A stretch of 64,000 bases of DNA from Elusimicrobiota bacterium (GTDB taxonomy: Bacteria; Elusimicrobiota; Elusimicrobia; F11), in assembly GCA_044221725.1 (NCBI GenBank), contig JBGAON010000003.1:160001-224000 (forward strand), given 5' to 3'. The notes beneath the pieces were generated by a model. The model ran no database searches and had not been told where the DNA came from. It saw nothing but the letters and a program-made list of their open reading frames with translations. The position numbers were made by a program, and so were the translations under genes. This document shows positions 40,501-47,941 of the stretch, piece after piece. Every line of letters begins with the position of its first letter. The first letter of the stretch is position 1.

Positions 40501-43413
40501 TTGACCAACGTTTCTCCATCCGTGTTAATGTCTCATGAGGCCGATGTTTTAAGAATGATTTTCGGTATCAATGGTCGTGTGCCGCTTACAATTCAAGAAA
40601 TCTCGGAAGCCACAAAATGGTCCGAATGGCAAATTGAAAGAATCCGCGATGCGGCGCTCGATAAATTGATGAAGGCCCGTGTTCATGAGCACGCATTCGG
40701 AAGGGGGATTCTTCCTTTTCTCGCGCGTGAGTCAAGATTTCTGCGCTTGAAGGGGCATACGCGTTCCGCCTCTTTAATAGAAAACGTTGTTTTTCCTTCC
40801 CTTGAAGAGCTTGTCTTTAGTTTTGGAGCGGTTTACGTGTTCGGCGCGTACGGACTCATTATCGCACGCGTGATTCATGTGGCGTTGCATTTGCTAGGGC
40901 CGCCATTATCGGATCGTGGCGCTCAAAATGTTTTTCGAAAGCTTTTTATTCCTGTTCTTATTTCTGTTGCGCCGTTTTCCTTCCTTGGTGTTCCGAGTCT
41001 TTCTTCTTCGGTGTTTTCGGTAAGTGCGGCTTTTGATGTTGCTGCGCAGTTTTTCGAATGGCACGTTGTCTTTAATTCGCTCGTCGATTTGACGGGCGCG
41101 ACCGTCGCCAAAGCCAATTTGCCAACGAACGACGACATCGTGGGGCCGTATCGCATCCTTCGCGAAATCCGGCCGCAAAGCGCCCGAGCCGTGGCGGTGT
41201 ACGAAGCCGTCCACGTTGAGACAAACGCCAAAGTCATTCTTAAAACGTATCTTGATTTTCCAACGAATTCTCAGGAGTTTTTAAATGCGCATTCCCGTGA
41301 GGTTCGCAACCTCTGGCTGCTCACGCAAAAAGGGATCAATTTCGTTCCCAAATTAATTGATCAAGGCGTCGATTATCACGGCGCGGTTCCGCGATATTGG
41401 TTTGCGATGGAATTGGTCGAAGGGAAAACGCTCGACAAATGGCTCGCCGCCAATGCGAGCTACCACGATCGCTTGCAGGTGTTTCGAAACTTGTTGGTGG
41501 TCGTTGACCGTTTTCACCGAGAGGGATATGTTCACCTGGATCTTACGGCCACCAACATCATGGTGCTGCCAGACAATCAAGTGATGCTTATCGACGTCGA
41601 ATTGATGCAGTCGCTTGAGGTATCCCTTCAACAATTTGTGCTCGGTGCGCCCGCTTATGCATCGCCGGAAACACGGGCGGGTTTTCGGGGAGTTTATACG
41701 CGATCGGCGGATGTTTTTTCTCTCGGTGTAATACTGTTTTTAATGAGCACGGGCATGTCAAAATTGGAACGCCATCCTGCGAACGACGGGGTTTTCTCTT
41801 CGTTGGTAACTCGATATCCAGATGCGGATATATATGAATGGGTTCGCGCCGAGATCGCCAAGCAATCCCCTTGGGCAGTGTACGGCGATGTGATCTCAAA
41901 GGCACTCCGAGCCAACCCGCATTCGCGGTTCACATCCGCTCGGAATTTTCTGAAGGCCATGGACGACGCAGCGGTGCACCACGCTTTGGATGTTTCGAAA
42001 GCGATGCAAGCCATTGACCGCGCTTTTTACCTTGAAGACACAAAAGTTGTCGACGTCACAACCGCTCCTAATGATCTGATGATTTACACCGTTGAGCCGG
42101 AATGGAAAACGGGTCTTGCTTTGTTAACCCAGGAACTATCGTCGCCGCATCCTCGATTCCAACTGGTCATGCGGAATTCGAGATTAATAGGAATTGTTCC
42201 CACCGAAACGCGGCGGGATTCGAGTTTTCGGTATTTGTCTTTGGCCGATTATCAGTACGATCCTCCGGATTATTCCATTGGGCTTTCGAATAAGTGGAAA
42301 GAAATTTTGAAACAAAGCAGCGAGGACGAAGCACGCCTCGAGGAATATTTGCGATCACGCGGGCGTACCGATCGCGAGATCCAAGGCGGTCGTCTCAATG
42401 GATTCGGTGATCATTGTGTTGAACCTGCCGTGCTTGTTGATCTGGGCACGTCGATCACGCTCACATCCATTCGGTCACCTCTCGAACACCCACAGCCGCT
42501 GTTGGCGAGTCGTCGACAAGCCGAAAACTTTGTGATTCAGGTTTTGCCCACCGTCTCTTCTCCGATCGGCAAACAGAATGGCGGATACGAAAAAGCGGCT
42601 GAGGATCGGAAATACTATTTCAATGTTACGAATGTCGCGGAGACATACGATAAGAAAAACGGGCCTGGTTCGTGGAAGGGAAAGAAAAGAATTCGAGTCG
42701 TTGGCTGCGGAACCGGCTGTGACGCGGTCGCCGTGTTGGTGGGTGCAATAAATTATCACGGACATTCGATTGCTGACTTAAGGGACTATATTCGTATCAA
42801 CGAAAGAGTGCCCGAATGGGCACCGATTATCGATGCCAGTGACATAAACCCGGTGGCGGTTGAAAACACGAAGCTCACATTTGACCAACTTGGGATTTCA
42901 GCGGTCGTCTACGCGCATGTGACGGACAACTTGCTGTCTTCGATTCCAACCACGGAGCTCGCCGACGTAATAATTTGGAACATGCCATCTTATCCAGCCG
43001 ATAAATTAGCGGATCAATTGGCCGATTATGCTGATGGCGGCGCCAACGGCAAGATTGCGCTCGACATTTTAACGGAAAGGCTATCGGCGAACTTGGCCGA
43101 TGGCGGCGTGGGAATTTTTGGGAACTACCAAACGCCGGTTATTTTAGACGGAACGCAACGCGATCTTGTTCGATACAAGTTGGTTAACAGCGCAGGGGCT
43201 CGTGAGCGAGGCATGACCGTTCAAGGGGGAGGATTGTATGGCAGCCGCGAGGTCTACGTAACGCATGTGCCGTTGACCCAATCACCGGTGACGCGAATGG
43301 ATGTTGGTCTCAAGTTTCGTTTGGAACATAATCAACAAAACAATGAGCTGCCGAAAATCCCGGTCCGTCACGAGGACTGGATCGAGCGTCGCGCCATTTT
43401 GGGCGGTGCTTAG
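37522..43413 (+). CDS. 1963-aa multidomain membrane protein: N-terminal alpha/beta domain, TM block, sigma70-like r1.2/r2/r4/r4, TM block, Ser/Thr kinase-like domain, class I SAM methyltransferase
   Basis: HVQDVH..EAQ.NI / LEGA / TGGFH; EGYSGLLAA..RFSTFA; LSVERIRQIR.RAL; VILK, HLDLTATN, YASPE, DVFSLG; VGCGTG, DINPVAV, WNMP. Confidence 0.85.
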   Translation: METPRFVRVVAGSLSIVYLATNCLFAGRVEGNIWQERRPSSAPNVFIQRPRIPAVHTDLGLRRASMMALARFGTIRNVQKSTHPSPKNPVVLHVQDVHMNSEAQRNISGALQQLIDNEKVRLLALEGAFHSIDLTPFRKFPDRTSVFNVADYMLQEGKISGAIHAAVFAEKTVSTIGIDDFGHYNANVEAVQKSFAASKELKPEILRYVNDLEKKKQQTFDSSLLRFDNTVQQYRNQSLSLGDYASALSRIVDASSSVKTFLKARRLESIIDFSAVARARAEAREKNISPIHFPSLMLYDDYLRAAKSIDSDALANELEHMESAAFKKLSRTPAERELIAQSRRLYLLEKLVNFSLTKNEWDEYENEHRSACAIPHERIQPFEAFYMEAEYRDAAMAMNFLNQINEINDADQSTFVLVTGGFHSSGIDKRLGDAGCTVVTFIPKITKIDTVNGSAYLSVFAQEKFSLDKLFEGEKIFLSPSPMSKSAFGLFAVLVASVALLTNAVSSGIAASWLQSTLAMNDLSIAKAGANAVNIVFGLYGAHLGITFLSGAAGAIRPELSIARQKPDFGRWFPSSIRESLEHFMPWFVPQHIAIRRWPLWIGYAMIVTCGVAFPVLFSEFVSVVPSEVWMWTGGVVAHEFYNRLAKVMGWPMLTRVVLAQDFLTAEQEQSLAREMDSIFDSMLPVLLDNEKAQDLLLRLLKSDLHRRINLNLVIQADVQAHKKGKFWIRPGLTAKNNVRIADLIQVLTRTPSSELYAQIKDWHEKNNDLSLNLRNLTLRFLHGFRELSYSEKQQRQISNWIRTYEDTRNMLVRPYVGIVTGLAKKFTRQGLSIDELESEGYSGLLAAAEHYRVGFGRFSTFATPSVRRSMRVAVLRKAKENAPERTLTESIAGEEIDYDSSKYEELLKQVYQLPRRDQFVLSQYYGLNGLDPEKLEQVGRRLGLSVERIRQIRNRALDRLRERLTSPTGELREEEEGAPISKKLNRQNVIDMLTNVSPSVLMSHEADVLRMIFGINGRVPLTIQEISEATKWSEWQIERIRDAALDKLMKARVHEHAFGRGILPFLARESRFLRLKGHTRSASLIENVVFPSLEELVFSFGAVYVFGAYGLIIARVIHVALHLLGPPLSDRGAQNVFRKLFIPVLISVAPFSFLGVPSLSSSVFSVSAAFDVAAQFFEWHVVFNSLVDLTGATVAKANLPTNDDIVGPYRILREIRPQSARAVAVYEAVHVETNAKVILKTYLDFPTNSQEFLNAHSREVRNLWLLTQKGINFVPKLIDQGVDYHGAVPRYWFAMELVEGKTLDKWLAANASYHDRLQVFRNLLVVVDRFHREGYVHLDLTATNIMVLPDNQVMLIDVELMQSLEVSLQQFVLGAPAYASPETRAGFRGVYTRSADVFSLGVILFLMSTGMSKLERHPANDGVFSSLVTRYPDADIYEWVRAEIAKQSPWAVYGDVISKALRANPHSRFTSARNFLKAMDDAAVHHALDVSKAMQAIDRAFYLEDTKVVDVTTAPNDLMIYTVEPEWKTGLALLTQELSSPHPRFQLVMRNSRLIGIVPTETRRDSSFRYLSLADYQYDPPDYSIGLSNKWKEILKQSSEDEARLEEYLRSRGRTDREIQGGRLNGFGDHCVEPAVLVDLGTSITLTSIRSPLEHPQPLLASRRQAENFVIQVLPTVSSPIGKQNGGYEKAAEDRKYYFNVTNVAETYDKKNGPGSWKGKKRIRVVGCGTGCDAVAVLVGAINYHGHSIADLRDYIRINERVPEWAPIIDASDINPVAVENTKLTFDQLGISAVVYAHVTDNLLSSIPTTELADVIIWNMPSYPADKLADQLADYADGGANGKIALDILTERLSANLADGGVGIFGNYQTPVILDGTQRDLVRYKLVNSAGARERGMTVQGGGLYGSREVYVTHVPLTQSPVTRMDVGLKFRLEHNQQNNELPKIPVRHEDWIERRAILGGA

Positions 43414-43417
43414 ATTC

Positions 43418-44443
43418 TTAATCTAATTTCTCGAACTCTTTTTTTAGCAATGCGTCAAACGGCAACAAAAAAAACGACGTAAGAATCAAACCGTAAATTT
43501 GTGACCGTTTTATTTTTACGGGCCCAGTGGTCTTAAGAATGTTCGGAGTCTCACGCAATTTTTTTAGTGTTTTCATTCCGATCATAAGCGGCCACCACAC
43601 GGCGGCGCGCAATCCGAGCGAAAATTTTGGAAGCTGCGATATATACGAAAGCCCACGCTCCAAGCGAAATATCGTTTGATCAATTAGATCCACGTAAACT
43701 TTTCGAAACTCGTCTTCTTTTTTGCCAGCGATGATATCGTCGATCGCAATCCCGTCGCGGTTGAGTAACTCGGTCGGTATGTAACATCGCCCCATCTTCA
43801 GGTCTTCAGGAAAGTCCCGTAATATATTGACCATCTGAAGGCCTGTCCCAAAGATGATTCCGTCCTGGAGCATGCGGTCCGGGTTTGGAATGTTCAATAC
43901 AGGCAAGTGCGACAAGCACACGCTGGTCCAAAAACGTCCGGGTTCGCCGCCAATCCAATGGATATACGCTTCGAGTTCTTTGTCGGTGGGCATGGCTTTC
44001 GCCGACTCTGCGTCGGAACCATCAAAAATTTTCAAATCCATTTCCATGCCAGTGATCACCGCAGTGACCACCGATTGGATCAACGCTTGATTGCTGCGCG
44101 TGAGACTATTGAACCAGGCCGTGCAGCGATTGAAATTTTTCAGCAGTCTTTGTTCGTTGACTTTTGGCGTTAGATTCAGGTTGTCGAGATCTCTCAAAAA
44201 ATCGGTGAGCCGGTCGCTCGGTATCGGAAACGTCGCGAACAAACTTCGAAACTGGCCAAGCAGTTTAAGTTTCTCTGAAGTTTGCGTGGAAGGAGTGTCG
44301 GCAATCGTGTCGGCGGCACGGCACAGCAGATACCCAAGTCCCATCACGGAACGAATTTTTTTCGGAAGGATCTTGAAACTCAAATAGAAAGATCGCGAGA
44401 CGTCTTTCAGAAGACTGTTTTGTATTTGTTCAGTGAAATTCAT
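43418..44443 (-). CDS. squalene/phytoene synthase family protein
   Basis: VSRSFYL, YLLCRAADTIAD, GLQMVNILRD..ED...GRCYIP. Confidence 0.9.
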   Translation of the reverse strand: MNFTEQIQNSLLKDVSRSFYLSFKILPKKIRSVMGLGYLLCRAADTIADTPSTQTSEKLKLLGQFRSLFATFPIPSDRLTDFLRDLDNLNLTPKVNEQRLLKNFNRCTAWFNSLTRSNQALIQSVVTAVITGMEMDLKIFDGSDAESAKAMPTDKELEAYIHWIGGEPGRFWTSVCLSHLPVLNIPNPDRMLQDGIIFGTGLQMVNILRDFPEDLKMGRCYIPTELLNRDGIAIDDIIAGKKEDEFRKVYVDLIDQTIFRLERGLSYISQLPKFSLGLRAAVWWPLMIGMKTLKKLRETPNILKTTGPVKIKRSQIYGLILTSFFLLPFDALLKKEFEKLD

Positions 44444-44453
44444 GCAGCGCGCC

Positions 44454-45848
44454 TTAAGCGGCTGCCGATTCTACATCAGGAAGGAAATCAATGAGCGAAT
44501 CAATTTTATCCATGTGACCGAGCGTTTTTCGAATCGAGAGTGGGAAAGGGTCTGTGCTGTTGTTCCCGAGGGCCGCCAGATTGCGCGGATTCCATGTGCC
44601 TTGAGTTGTCTTAACAAGCACCATCGGCCGCGCGATGTGTGCGAGGTTCGGCATTATCACAACGCCACGCTCGCCGGTGTTCAATTGAACGATCGTGCCC
44701 GGCGCATACAACCCATGGAACGGTAGCAGCAGTTTGACGAGAAGCTGAGGGAACTGCGTACGAGCGCGGTGGAGCGTTGTGCGGAGTATTCGATGCATCG
44801 GTACCGGCCGATGATAATGATGATCGGACACGGTTGCCCAGCTAACAAAGTCGCAAAGTCCAACGATTTGAGAAAAGATGTGCGGCTTTAGGGATCCCGG
44901 TAGCGCCGGATATCCCTGGCCGTCCGCGCCCACGTGATGTTCCAGCGCCACTCGCACAACGCTCATCGGTAATCCCTGTACACCAGCAAGAAAAGAAGCG
45001 CCATCGCGCGCGTGCAACCGAACAAATTCAATGTCGCCTTCTTTCAATTTGTGGCCGCTTGAAAATTCGGATGGCAACAGAAAACGGCCCGTATCGTGCA
45101 GCAACGCCGACAACGCCAGAATTTTCGTCGACGTCAAATCACACCCCAGTTGATGGGCAAGATAAACGCACTGAATTGTCGTATGCACCGCGTGTTGGAC
45201 CGAAAGGTTCGTCCGTGGAAAGGTTGCGAGCATGAGAGAAAAATCCATCGGACGCTGATGAACCGCGTCGACAAGTCGATCGAGCGGCAGCGCCAAATCG
45301 GCCAATGACACGGCTTGTTCCTCAATAATCTTTGTCAGTGTTTTCTCGGCCAGGACGAGCCACTCGTTGTAAATGGTCACCGAACGGTCAAAATGCGCGC
45401 GAACTGTTTTCGATTTGTCGTCGTGTTTCCTTTCTTCTTCAAGCGTGGCCTTAATATGTTCGCTTTGAAAGCCTCGGGACGGTCCGGATTTCTCCATGAG
45501 ATGTTGGCTCAGGTCCACCACCTCTTTCGTGGTAACGTTCGGCAAGAACGCCACTTTCGCAATCTTTCGTTCTTCAAAGCCGCGGAGCAAATCGTACAGC
45601 GAAAGACTTTCTTCAATGAAAAGCATGTCATCAATCACAAACAAACCGTCCACATGGTGCAGCAGAAAATCAAAACGTATGGATAGGACGTCTTGCAAAG
45701 CTTGCAAAAATTTCTGGGCTGCTTCCGTGGTGCTCGGATGGCTCGGGGAATAAAGCCTTGCGTTCTTAAACGTTGCATACCACGCACGGAGTGCCGCGCT
45801 GTATTTTTCGCGGTCGCGCTGGCGTGTGTTGGGCATCATTTCACTCAT
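44454..45848 (-). CDS. HD-GYP-like phosphodiesterase domain protein
   Basis: LLHDTG, H..DGA, EHH..ADGQGYP, C-terminal GLYAPGTIVQLNTGE. Confidence 0.8.
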   Translation of the reverse strand: MSEMMPNTRQRDREKYSAALRAWYATFKNARLYSPSHPSTTEAAQKFLQALQDVLSIRFDFLLHHVDGLFVIDDMLFIEESLSLYDLLRGFEERKIAKVAFLPNVTTKEVVDLSQHLMEKSGPSRGFQSEHIKATLEEERKHDDKSKTVRAHFDRSVTIYNEWLVLAEKTLTKIIEEQAVSLADLALPLDRLVDAVHQRPMDFSLMLATFPRTNLSVQHAVHTTIQCVYLAHQLGCDLTSTKILALSALLHDTGRFLLPSEFSSGHKLKEGDIEFVRLHARDGASFLAGVQGLPMSVVRVALEHHVGADGQGYPALPGSLKPHIFSQIVGLCDFVSWATVSDHHYHRPVPMHRILRTTLHRARTQFPQLLVKLLLPFHGLYAPGTIVQLNTGERGVVIMPNLAHIARPMVLVKTTQGTWNPRNLAALGNNSTDPFPLSIRKTLGHMDKIDSLIDFLPDVESAAA

Positions 45849-47455
45849 GCGGCCCGCGCCGCGTCGCGATATTTTGTCTGGGACAACACTTGCACGGCCA
45901 CCTGTTTTAGATCAGCATCCTGAGACGATCGAGCGAAATTGAGAAGTGCGCGTTGCGATTCGTCACTCCCTATGCGGCACAACGCGCGCACCATCTCCGA
46001 TCGCACGATCTTTTGTGGGTGCGTTAAGAGGGGCGCGGATGCGGGCAAAAGCTGCGACGCACGAATGTCTCCAAGAATCATCACCAAATTGCGTGTTAGA
46101 AAAGCGGACGCGTGCGCAAGCGATTCGACGAGCACATCGGCGCCGTCTTCACGGGCGACGTTTGTCAGGAGCACGCAGAGTTTCTTGCGCATTCCCCGAT
46201 CCTGTTCGCCGTCCAGCGCTTTGACAAGACCCGGCAAGCAAGCTTTTCCTAGCGAACGGAAATAATTCGACATGTCCGTGAAGGCCGACGATTCGAGGGT
46301 GCATGAGCGCAGCGGAAATAGCACAAGGCCGATATTCTGCAAAGAGGTTAATTGTTGGCGCAGCGATGCGATCAGCGATACGGCGGGATTTTCAGTGTCG
46401 GAAGATGTGCAGGCGGTCCACGCCTCAATCGCGAGCTTGAGTGATTTCTCTTGAATCGGAACGGAGTTGCGTTCGGACATGCAGCGCAACAAAAGCGAAA
46501 GTCCGAAAATAAAGTTGCTTCCGCCTTCCTGAAGCAGCGCCGCGGCCAAGTCGAGATCTTGAGCCGCCGAGGACATCAAGCCAATGGACCGAAATTCGTG
46601 ATGTTGGTTCACTTCCTCTGTCGAAAATGCACACAAACGCGACTCCCAGTCAACTTTGCGCGTGGCCGCCGAGAATACCTTCTGAACAACGAACCGGTGC
46701 CCGAGAGCGGATTCTTTTCGGAGATTTTGCGTCGGTTCTTGATCGAGTTGTTCGCGCAGATGATTTTTTAACGACACCGGAATGGGGAAAAATTTCGAGA
46801 ATCGCTCCCATGGAAAATAACCTTCGCGGGCCGCGTTTATGAAATCGTGTAGGAATGTCTTGTGTTGGACCGGGAGTGACTTCGCCTTTTCGATTGCATG
46901 AGCGTAGAAATCAGCAAGGTTGTTCACCGTGTTCGCGTTCAGTTGCTCAACGTAACCGAAACCGTTTTGCGATTTTGGAACCAGTACCGGTGCGAAACGC
47001 TTCGTGATCGCTTCGTCGGACAGTTTTAATAGGTACGAATTTGCTGTCATCGGCACCAAGCTCACCGGTTTTGGCTCACCATCGTCCAGCAGCGTAACGA
47101 GCTTTTCGTTTTTCGAATCCGAACTATCTTTGCCGGTGAGAATGTGCAGCAATTGAAAGATATTGCGCGATTGCAGCGGAGCCTGAAATTGAATGCTGCG
47201 GTACCCGAGATTTCTCAGCAAGCCCGCGAACGAAACGGTGAGTTCCGGAAATCCAACGGGTTCACCTTGGAACAGCAGCGACCGGTTTGTAACAACAAGC
47301 TGGATGGGTTGGGGAGTTTTTTGAGTGTCTTGAAATCTTTTGACGAGGTTCTGAAGGATTTCTTCAAAAGCTTTGTTGTCTTGGTTGTAAATGTAAAACG
47401 ATCGAAATGCGCCGGCCAGCGTTGAGACGAAGCGGTTGATTGCCTGCGGATCCAT
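45845..47455 (-). CDS. HEAT-repeat-containing protein
   Basis: C-terminal LTRNLVMILG, VRSEMVRALCRIG helical repeats. Confidence 0.7.
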   Translation of the reverse strand: MDPQAINRFVSTLAGAFRSFYIYNQDNKAFEEILQNLVKRFQDTQKTPQPIQLVVTNRSLLFQGEPVGFPELTVSFAGLLRNLGYRSIQFQAPLQSRNIFQLLHILTGKDSSDSKNEKLVTLLDDGEPKPVSLVPMTANSYLLKLSDEAITKRFAPVLVPKSQNGFGYVEQLNANTVNNLADFYAHAIEKAKSLPVQHKTFLHDFINAAREGYFPWERFSKFFPIPVSLKNHLREQLDQEPTQNLRKESALGHRFVVQKVFSAATRKVDWESRLCAFSTEEVNQHHEFRSIGLMSSAAQDLDLAAALLQEGGSNFIFGLSLLLRCMSERNSVPIQEKSLKLAIEAWTACTSSDTENPAVSLIASLRQQLTSLQNIGLVLFPLRSCTLESSAFTDMSNYFRSLGKACLPGLVKALDGEQDRGMRKKLCVLLTNVAREDGADVLVESLAHASAFLTRNLVMILGDIRASQLLPASAPLLTHPQKIVRSEMVRALCRIGSDESQRALLNFARSSQDADLKQVAVQVLSQTKYRDAARAA

Positions 47456-47499
47456 ACATAATTGTAAGGGCACTCCGGTCGCGATGCAAGTTAAAGATC

Positions 47500-47528
47500 T
47501 TGATATCCCTGGGTTGCCCTGTTAGAAT
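47500..47528 (+). promoter_or_regulatory. sigma70-type promoter
   Basis: TTGATA, 17 bp spacer, TGn-TAGAAT; followed by a 5'UTR hairpin CGACGAA/TTCGTCG (47530-47561) and RBS GGAGG. Confidence 0.65.
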
Positions 47529-47575
47529 CCGACGAACAAAACGTGTCACAATTTTTCGTCGAACGGGAGGACGTA

Positions 47576-47881
47576 ATGTCGCCATTTGGAAGTTCCGCTT
47601 TGCCACTGATCATCATTGCGATTGGAATCATCGGAATAATTTTGAGCTTTTTGGTTCCGGACCGGAAAAAATCTCTCATCTCGCTCGGATTGGCCGGGGC
47701 CATCATTCTCGCCGGTCTGGTTCAACTTCTCTCGCAGTCGATCACGCGCTACCAGTGGGAACGTCGCATGCGCGACATTCAGCGCGATCGCCAAGTGGAT
47801 TTGGAACAAATGCGTGAGCGCATGAAAGAGAAAGCGGGCGAAATGCCGAAACCCGGTGTCGCTCCCGAAAAGAAGAAATAA
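47576..47881 (+). CDS. small two-TM membrane protein with charged C-terminal tail
   Basis: Strong RBS, two hydrophobic helices, charged helical tail. Confidence 0.75.
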   Translation: MSPFGSSALPLIIIAIGIIGIILSFLVPDRKKSLISLGLAGAIILAGLVQLLSQSITRYQWERRMRDIQRDRQVDLEQMRERMKEKAGEMPKPGVAPEKKK

Positions 47882-47941
47882 CTTTTCCGACACTTCCCTA
47901 CCGTTAACCATTCTCCAACCTAAGGAGCTCGTGCGTTTCTT

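Noticed and set aside
47467..47483. Possible sigma54 promoter GGGCAC-N5-TCGC
   Set aside because: Imperfect match, and a better sigma70 promoter (47500-47528) explains the downstream operon
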